Source of the DNA: Maricaulis sp.
GTDB lineage: Bacteria; Pseudomonadota; Alphaproteobacteria; Caulobacterales; Maricaulaceae
Reading direction: 5' to 3'
Assembly (NCBI RefSeq): GCF_030149425.1
Contig: NZ_JASBRQ010000080.1
Location: 8,455 to 72,454 of the forward strand
DNA length: 64,000 bases
Position 1 is the stretch's first letter; every line of letters begins with the position of its first letter. Shown one piece after another: positions 58,034 to 64,000 of the stretch. The notes below the pieces were generated by a model, which saw only the letters and a program-made list of their open reading frames with translations, made no database searches and was not told the origin of the DNA. A program made the translations under genes and the position numbers.

Positions 58034-60091
58034 ATGACCGAGAATCTGCAAGAGAATTCAAGCGTTTTGGCTGAAATCGACCTGATCGCGGAGAGCCGCG
58101 AAGCCCCCCTTACAGCGGCGCCGCGCAGCCAGATGACGTCCGAATCGGGCGCCCCCGATACCGGCCCGGCCGCGCGTCGGCAATCCGACCGGTCCGGCGC
58201 GTGGCTGGTTTGGACCGGAAATATTTTCGCCTTGTTGTGGATTGGTGCGGCCGGCGCCTTCCTCGTCGGCTATCTCGGCATCAATTCCCTGGAAAGCCTG
58301 ACCCGGTTCGGCTTCGGCCAGCTCACCGGCCTGGCTGTTTTCGCCCTGACGCCGGCACTGCTGTTTGCGATGTGCGGCCTGCTGGCACGGGAAATTGTCC
58401 GCAATGCCCGTAATACTGACCGGGTCGAAGCCGCGATCAGCCGCCTGGCGCAACCGGCAGCCCATGCCGGGCAACAGATCAGAACGCTGGCCGACGCCGT
58501 ATCCGGTGAAGTCGAGCGCATTAATGACAGCATGGACAGCGCCCTGGCCCGGCTTGCCGCGATGGAAGAGGTGATCAATCACCATGCGGAAACCCTGGAG
58601 CAGTCCGCCGGTGACGCCCATGAACGCACCGAGACGCTGTTGTCCGGACTGCGCAAGGAACGGCTGCGGCTCGGCGAAGTGTCCGAAAGCCTTGATGACA
58701 AGGCTGCCCTGATTGCCGCGGCGATCTCCGATCAATCAAAAATGGTCGCAGCGGCAGCGGAACTGGCTGCGAGCCAGGCCAATGATACCGAAAAGCGGCT
58801 TCTGGCCACGGTCGATACGCTCAACGATGCCAGTGCCTCCATGGCCGAGCGCGGCCAGGTGGTTTCGGCCCGCATCACCGACCGTATCGAGCACCTGCGA
58901 GACCTGTCTGACGAGCTGAAAACGCGCGCTGACGGGCTCGACACGGCCTATGACACGCACAAGGCCAAGCTCGGTGAAACCGGCGAAGCCCTGCGCAAGG
59001 AACAGGAGAAGATCGCCGCTGCGCTCGACTTCCATCGCGCCGAGCTCGACGTCATGGTCACCGCAGCGCGCGATGGTGCCGAGGCACTCAGCGCCGCGAC
59101 CACCGATGGGGCCAGCGCCTTCAAGGATGCCGTCGATGATGCCCTGACGCGGTCGCGGGAACTGGCCGGCCATGTCCGTCGGGAAACCGATCATGCGGCG
59201 CGCGAACATGAATCCGCCCTGGCCCGGCTCGTCGCCGCAGCCCAGGAAGCCAAAACCATGTCCGATGTCGCCATCGCCGCCGTGGAAGAACAGGCGGAGC
59301 GCGTAGCCGACAAGGTACAACAGACCAATGAAGCGGCCTTCGAGGCCGCCCAACGGTCTGACCAGGCCTTCGAACAGCGCATTGCGGAAGCAGAAAAGCT
59401 CACCTCCAAGGCGGCCCAGGCGGCTGATGATGCTGCTGAGTCGGTGCGCCGTCGGCTGGAAGCCGTTTTGGCCTCGGCACGGGCGGAAACCCAGACCGTG
59501 GAGCGCCAGATCGATTCCATGACCGAGCGCCTTGGCGAAATGCCGGAGCTCGCCCGCACCCGCGCCCAGGAGGCCGCCGATGCGCTGCGCCGCGGGCTTG
59601 AAGGGCTCAATGCCGCCGCCCTGGCTGCGGCTGAGGAGGCGCAGGAGATTGATGCGGCCTTCCAGGCCCGTATACGCCAGAATTACGAGCTGCTGAGCGA
59701 CTTCATGCTGCGCATGGGTTCTGTCGCCGGTGGCCGCCGTGTGCCGGATCTCGGGCTCAATGAAGTCCCGTCACCGCTGCCGCGCCGCAATCGCGCGCCG
59801 GAAGACCTGGCTGGCGACGCCGCACCCGCGGTCCGCGCTCAGGCCGAGACCCCAAGCCGCGATGAAATGAACACCGGTCTGACCGGCGTATCCGATGAAG
59901 ATCGTGGCGGAGCTGAAACGCGTGTCGGCTTCCCCGAGCGAGATGCTCCCAAGCCGGCGGCCGCCGCTTCCGGACCGGTTACCGGTCGTCGCAGCGAGCC
60001 GGGCTGGCGCTGGAAGGATCTGCTGTCATCCATGCCGGAAGACCGCGACAACAATCCGCGCGCGGCGAATGCCGACGACAAGGGTGAATAA
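58034..60091 (+). CDS. Membrane-anchored long coiled-coil protein, TipN-like architecture
   Basis: 685 aa. Two TM helices near residues 60-115, then about 450 aa of Ala/Glu/Arg/Leu coiled coil and a disordered basic/acidic tail. Confidence 0.55.
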   Translation: MTENLQENSSVLAEIDLIAESREAPLTAAPRSQMTSESGAPDTGPAARRQSDRSGAWLVWTGNIFALLWIGAAGAFLVGYLGINSLESLTRFGFGQLTGLAVFALTPALLFAMCGLLAREIVRNARNTDRVEAAISRLAQPAAHAGQQIRTLADAVSGEVERINDSMDSALARLAAMEEVINHHAETLEQSAGDAHERTETLLSGLRKERLRLGEVSESLDDKAALIAAAISDQSKMVAAAAELAASQANDTEKRLLATVDTLNDASASMAERGQVVSARITDRIEHLRDLSDELKTRADGLDTAYDTHKAKLGETGEALRKEQEKIAAALDFHRAELDVMVTAARDGAEALSAATTDGASAFKDAVDDALTRSRELAGHVRRETDHAAREHESALARLVAAAQEAKTMSDVAIAAVEEQAERVADKVQQTNEAAFEAAQRSDQAFEQRIAEAEKLTSKAAQAADDAAESVRRRLEAVLASARAETQTVERQIDSMTERLGEMPELARTRAQEAADALRRGLEGLNAAALAAAEEAQEIDAAFQARIRQNYELLSDFMLRMGSVAGGRRVPDLGLNEVPSPLPRRNRAPEDLAGDAAPAVRAQAETPSRDEMNTGLTGVSDEDRGGAETRVGFPERDAPKPAAAASGPVTGRRSEPGWRWKDLLSSMPEDRDNNPRAANADDKGE

Positions 60092-60100
60092 GCGGGCGAA

Positions 60101-60721
60101 CTAGCCGGTATTGTCAGCGGTCCAGCGAGCCAGCTCGTTGACCGCCTGCGTGGAAGCCGCGTTGAATGCGTCGATGATGGCGCCAGCTCGGTTTTCTCGC
60201 GCCCGCACTTCCGCCGAGAACACCTGGGACCCGACGAATTCACGACCGCTCTCGCGGATCAGACGGGCCGCAATGCGCACGCGCACGACCGGCGCAGAAT
60301 TCTCGCCCTGGTCATAAGCGGCCTCGAACTCGCGCAGATCAAGACGCAGTTCATACTCACCGCGAACCGCATCAGCGGGCCGGACCGGGTCAATACCGGT
60401 ATCGTCAGAATGGAAGGTGTCGATGACCAGATTCTGCACCAGGCTCGGTGCCGGCGAAATCCAGCGTGCGCCGGCCATATAGGCCAGATGCTGTTCGCTG
60501 ACCTGGATCGCGATCTCGTCGCCATTCAAGCCGGCCGGTGCCATCGGGCGCTCGATCTCGATAATGACGCGGTCGCTCGCCCCATTGCTCTGGCGCGGCT
60601 CCGGGCTGGACAGCCGATAAACGGCGACCGGCTCGGTTTCCGGCAAGAGGGAGACACAGCCCGTCAGGGCCAGGGCGCTGAGCCCGGCAAGCGCCAGGCC
60701 TTTGATCGTCGATACGGTCAT
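60101..60721 (-). CDS. ABC-type transport auxiliary lipoprotein (PqiC/DUF330-like)
   Basis: 206 aa. Lipobox LALTGC. Last gene of the Mla-like operon, with a 4-nt overlap with the MCE gene. Confidence 0.75.
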   Translation of the reverse strand: MTVSTIKGLALAGLSALALTGCVSLLPETEPVAVYRLSSPEPRQSNGASDRVIIEIERPMAPAGLNGDEIAIQVSEQHLAYMAGARWISPAPSLVQNLVIDTFHSDDTGIDPVRPADAVRGEYELRLDLREFEAAYDQGENSAPVVRVRIAARLIRESGREFVGSQVFSAEVRARENRAGAIIDAFNAASTQAVNELARWTADNTG

Positions 60722-61668
60722 TGCGGAACCTCCACCTGTTCGCGCGGCGTGCCGGCGATGAACTGACCCGGATTGTTTTCAATTTCGCTGGCGATACGTT
60801 CCAGCGCCTCGGTCAGGCGCTGCAGATTAGCTGCCGAGCGGGTGATATTTTCGAGCCCGTTATCGGCGAAATTCTCCACCGCAGGCGTTACCGAGCGAAC
60901 CAGGTAATCGGTATCAACCGCCGCCTGATTAACCGCCATGGCGGCCAGTGTCGTCTCATTGACCGCCGGCGTGAGATCATCGATGAGGAAATTCTCTGCC
61001 GAGACGGAGAATTGCTGCAGCGACTGGGCCGCCACAGAGATATCCGATGCCGCAGTATCGATGCGCTGGATGGCGTCCCGAGCATCGGCGATCAAGGCAT
61101 CTTCCTCGCTCAGACGGTCGGTGATCTCGCGCAGATTGGTCAGCGTTTGCGAGACTTCCTCGATATTGTCTTCATTGAGCAGTTCGGACAGGCGGAAGAG
61201 CGCGATCTGCGCCGCATCCAGCACGTCTTCCGAGCCTTCCACCAGGCCTTCCAGCTGCGCGCGCCGGGCAAAGATGCGCGGCGGCGGGCGATTGGCCGGG
61301 CTTTGCAAGCGCTGCGCGTCAGGCGAACCACCGGAGATAAGGATATAGGACAGACCGGTCAGGCCCTGCGGTTCCAGCTGGGCGAAACTGTCGATCCGGA
61401 CCGGGGTTTGCGCCAGCACCTGGACGCGGGCGACCACACGGCTTTGCTCGTCCAGCCCCAGCTCGGTCACCTCGCCGACCTGGATACCATTGAATCGCAC
61501 CTCAGCGCTTTCGCGCAGACCACGGACCGGGCCGTCGAAAACGATGTCATACATGGCGTATTCCTCGTCAAAGGAGACTTTCGCCATCCAAAGCGAGAAG
61601 AACACACCGGCGACCACAAGGATCACGGTGAACAGCCCCACCAGGGCGTGGTGCGCTTTCGTTTCCAT
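60718..61668 (-). CDS. MlaD/MCE-domain substrate-binding protein
   Basis: 316 aa. N-terminal TM helix (LVGLFTVILVVAGVFFSLW), MCE domain (GLRESAEVRFNGIQVGEVT), and a helical C-terminus. Confidence 0.85.
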   Translation of the reverse strand: METKAHHALVGLFTVILVVAGVFFSLWMAKVSFDEEYAMYDIVFDGPVRGLRESAEVRFNGIQVGEVTELGLDEQSRVVARVQVLAQTPVRIDSFAQLEPQGLTGLSYILISGGSPDAQRLQSPANRPPPRIFARRAQLEGLVEGSEDVLDAAQIALFRLSELLNEDNIEEVSQTLTNLREITDRLSEEDALIADARDAIQRIDTAASDISVAAQSLQQFSVSAENFLIDDLTPAVNETTLAAMAVNQAAVDTDYLVRSVTPAVENFADNGLENITRSAANLQRLTEALERIASEIENNPGQFIAGTPREQVEVPQ

Positions 61669-61671
61669 CGT

Positions 61672-62445
61672 CTAGCTCTCTTTCCCCGCCAGCGCTGCGC
61701 GACCGCGCGGACCATGGAAATACTCCTGGATCCAGGGATGCGGATTGCGCAACAGGGCCTCGATCGGTGCAACCGCGGCCACGCGTTTGTCTGCCAGAAC
61801 CGCGACGCGGTCGCAAATGGCATGAAGACTGTCGAGATCGTGGGTGATCATCAAAACCGTCAGGCCCAGGGCCTGGGATAATTCAAGAATAAGGCTATCA
61901 AAAGCCGCCGCCCCGATCGGGTCGAGACCGGCTGTCGGCTCGTCCAGGAAGAGGATTTCCGGGTCGAGCGCCAGGGCGCGCGCCAGGGCCACGCGCTTGC
62001 GCATACCGCCGGAGAGTTCCGACGGGTAGCGGTCGCCGACATCAGGTGCCAAACCGGACAGGCCGATCTTCATGCCCGCAATCTCTTCCATCAGGGCGGG
62101 CGGCATATCGATATGTTCACGCAGCGGCGCCATGACGTTCTCGAGCACGGTGAGCGAGGTGAACAGGGCGCCGTTTTGGAACAACACCCCCCAGCGCGAA
62201 TTGACCTTGAGACGCTCGAGCGCGGTCATTTGCGAAAAACGTCGGCCATTGAACAGGATATCGCCGCCATCGGGCTCCTTGAGGCCGAGAATGCTGTTGA
62301 GCAGCACGGTCTTGCCGGTACCCGAGCCGCCGACCAGGCCCATGATCTCACCGCGCCGGATATCCAGGTCGAGATTTTCGTGCACGACATGACGGCCGAA
62401 TGCAGTGCGCAGGCCACGCACGGAGATCAGGATATCGTCGCTCAT
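61672..62445 (-). CDS. ABC transporter ATP-binding protein (MlaF-like)
   Basis: 257 aa. Walker A GGSGTGKT, signature LSGGMRKRVALARAL, Walker B ILFLDEPT. Confidence 0.9.
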   Translation of the reverse strand: MSDDILISVRGLRTAFGRHVVHENLDLDIRRGEIMGLVGGSGTGKTVLLNSILGLKEPDGGDILFNGRRFSQMTALERLKVNSRWGVLFQNGALFTSLTVLENVMAPLREHIDMPPALMEEIAGMKIGLSGLAPDVGDRYPSELSGGMRKRVALARALALDPEILFLDEPTAGLDPIGAAAFDSLILELSQALGLTVLMITHDLDSLHAICDRVAVLADKRVAAVAPIEALLRNPHPWIQEYFHGPRGRAALAGKES

Positions 62446-63596
62446 ATCCCCAGCTCCAGATACATCATGGCGAACATCGCCTCGAGCACGATAACAGCGA
62501 AGATCGACTGCACGACCGAAGCGGTCACGCGGCGGCCGAGCGATTCCACATCACCGGACACCATCATGCCCTGGCGGCAGCCGATAATAGCGACCACAAG
62601 GCCGAAGACGGGAGCCTTGGACATGCCGACAAGGAAATGATCCCAGGGCAATTCCTGATGGAAGCGGGCGATAAACAGGGTTGGCGAGATGTCCTGCGCA
62701 CTCCAGGCGACAATCATGCCGCCGAAAATGCCGGCAATCATGGCTCCGAAGGTCAGCAAGGGGGCCATGAGGACACAGGCGATGACCCGCGGCAGGACCA
62801 GGGCTTCGAACGGGTCGAGGCCCAGCACGCGCATGGCATCGATCTCCTGCTGCATCTTCATCGACCCGATCTGCGCCGTGAAGGCCGAATCCGATCGGCC
62901 CGCGAGCATGATGGCGGTAATCAGAACGCCGAATTCACGCAGGACAGCGATGCCGACCAGTTCCACGGTGAAGACAGAAAAACCGAGCGTCTGCAGCAGG
63001 TTGGCGCCCATATAAGCAACCACTGCGCCGATAAAAAAGGACAGGACGGCGATGATCGGCATGGCGTTGACGCCGACCTCTTCCATCGCCCAGATCGTTG
63101 GTGTGAGGCGCAGTCGCTGCGGGTTCGCGAGCGTGCGGAACCCGGTCATGATGGTTTTGCCGAGAAAGGCGAACGTATCGAGCGCCTCGCGCAAAACCGC
63201 CTCGATTCCGGCGCCGATCCGGGCCAAGGCCGGACCGAAACCGTAGCCCGCCTCGTCCTCTGCCGGACAGATTGTGGTGCGCGCGCGGACTTCTTCGATC
63301 AGGCGACGGGCGGTCGGGTGTTCACCGATGAAATGGAAATCACCATCGGGCTCGGAACAGCGTCGGGTGACGCGGCCGATAATATAGGCCCCGGCCGTAT
63401 CGATCAGGCCCAGATCACTCAGGTCAATGACGATATCGCCAGGAGCCACGCTCTCCTCGACATCGCGCAGGGTTGCGTCCATGCGCCCGACGGTTTCAAC
63501 CGTCCAGTCGCCATGCAGCTCGACAATGGTTTTGGCGCCGTCGGCACGCAAAACCACTCCCGCCGCGGTGACAGAAGATGCAGGCTTTCCCCTCAT
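62442..63596 (-). CDS. MlaE-family ABC permease with N-terminal STAS-like domain
   Basis: 384 aa. The N-terminal ~100 aa resemble an anti-sigma antagonist (VIDLSDLGLIDTAGAYII), followed by an MlaE-type permease (REFGVLITAIMLAGRS, IDAMRVLGLDP). Confidence 0.85.
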   Translation of the reverse strand: MRGKPASSVTAAGVVLRADGAKTIVELHGDWTVETVGRMDATLRDVEESVAPGDIVIDLSDLGLIDTAGAYIIGRVTRRCSEPDGDFHFIGEHPTARRLIEEVRARTTICPAEDEAGYGFGPALARIGAGIEAVLREALDTFAFLGKTIMTGFRTLANPQRLRLTPTIWAMEEVGVNAMPIIAVLSFFIGAVVAYMGANLLQTLGFSVFTVELVGIAVLREFGVLITAIMLAGRSDSAFTAQIGSMKMQQEIDAMRVLGLDPFEALVLPRVIACVLMAPLLTFGAMIAGIFGGMIVAWSAQDISPTLFIARFHQELPWDHFLVGMSKAPVFGLVVAIIGCRQGMMVSGDVESLGRRVTASVVQSIFAVIVLEAMFAMMYLELGI

Positions 63597-63606
63597 AAGG
63601 CTGACC

Positions 63607-64000
63607 CTACTCGATTTTTTCTGCAGGCGTTAGTGGCGAAACACGCCAAAGTGCAATCGCTGCAACCAGGCCCAGCGCCGCTGGCACGATCATGATAGCG
63701 AACCCGCCCACGCCTATGCGGGCAAAGAAGTATCCGGACACCGCAGAGGCAACCGCCATGACCACGCCGCCGGACAGGGCTGAATTGATCGCCTGTGCCG
63801 TGGCGGCATAGCGGTCAGGCACTGATTGCACCGCATAACGCAAAAAGCCGATATAGGTCGCCGCGAAGGTCAAGGCGTGCAGCAGCTGCAGGGCGAACAG
63901 GGCCCAGAGCGGCGGCGCCAGCGCCGTCAGCCCCCAGCGCAGGATCGACGCCGCTGCGCCGACGCCGAGCAGCATGGCGGGCGATAACCGCCCCAGCAAG
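63607..64000 (-). CDS. MFS transporter, C-terminal part only (gene continues beyond the window)
   Basis: Open minus-strand frame to the window edge with successive hydrophobic helices (LLHALTFAATYIGFLRYA...). Stop at 63607. Confidence 0.55.
   Translation of the reverse strand, partial: LLGRLSPAMLLGVGAAASILRWGLTALAPPLWALFALQLLHALTFAATYIGFLRYAVQSVPDRYAATAQAINSALSGGVVMAVASAVSGYFFARIGVGGFAIMIVPAALGLVAAIALWRVSPLTPAEKIE

Overview
This is a high-GC (roughly 60-65% by eye) alphaproteobacterial chromosomal segment. All family calls come from reading motifs and gene order, with no database or HMM search.

The first ~40 kb is a Caulobacter/Hyphomonas-type flagellar super-locus:
- flgB-flgC-fliE, divergent from fliO-fliP.
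- A fliL-fliM operon that continues into three non-canonical genes: a DUF6468-like protein, a MotE-like protein and a 1120-aa AMIN/TPR-like secreted protein.
- flgF-flgG-flgA-flgH, followed by an orphan 681-aa secreted protein and dksA.
- fliX, divergent from flgI, a rod-binding protein and flbY.
- A GDSL autotransporter and a 918-aa beta-propeller protein that may be FlaEY-like.
- Three tandem flagellin genes plus flaG, and flbT-flaF.
- A complete pseudaminic-acid flagellin-glycosylation set (pseB, pseG, pseC, pseH, pseI, an FlmG-type TPR-glycosyltransferase, and two cytidylyltransferase paralogues, one with degenerate catalytic motifs).

I can read sigma54 -24/-12 promoters upstream of flgF, flgI and all three flagellins. 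A recurring GCCGGGCAAAA-type motif lies upstream of them. Perfect TTAA-N7-TTAA (CtrA-type) boxes sit in two divergent class-II-like promoters.

The last ~24 kb is mixed:
- A MoxR ATPase is separated from its VWA partner by a ~4.5 kb insert. The insert holds two secreted hypotheticals, a Vat-type acetyltransferase and a low-GC 725-aa orphan membrane protein.
- Next come a GST, chorismate mutase, an HPt protein, a His/Arg/Tyr-rich secreted protein, an MCP, a TonB-dependent receptor with a YfiR-like gene, and an orphan PqiA-like protein.
- The window ends with MarR-FAH-MaiA, DUF418, a TipN-like coiled-coil protein, an Mla/Pqi-type lipid ABC transporter and a truncated MFS gene.

I saw no rRNA, tRNA, CRISPR array, transposase or integrase.
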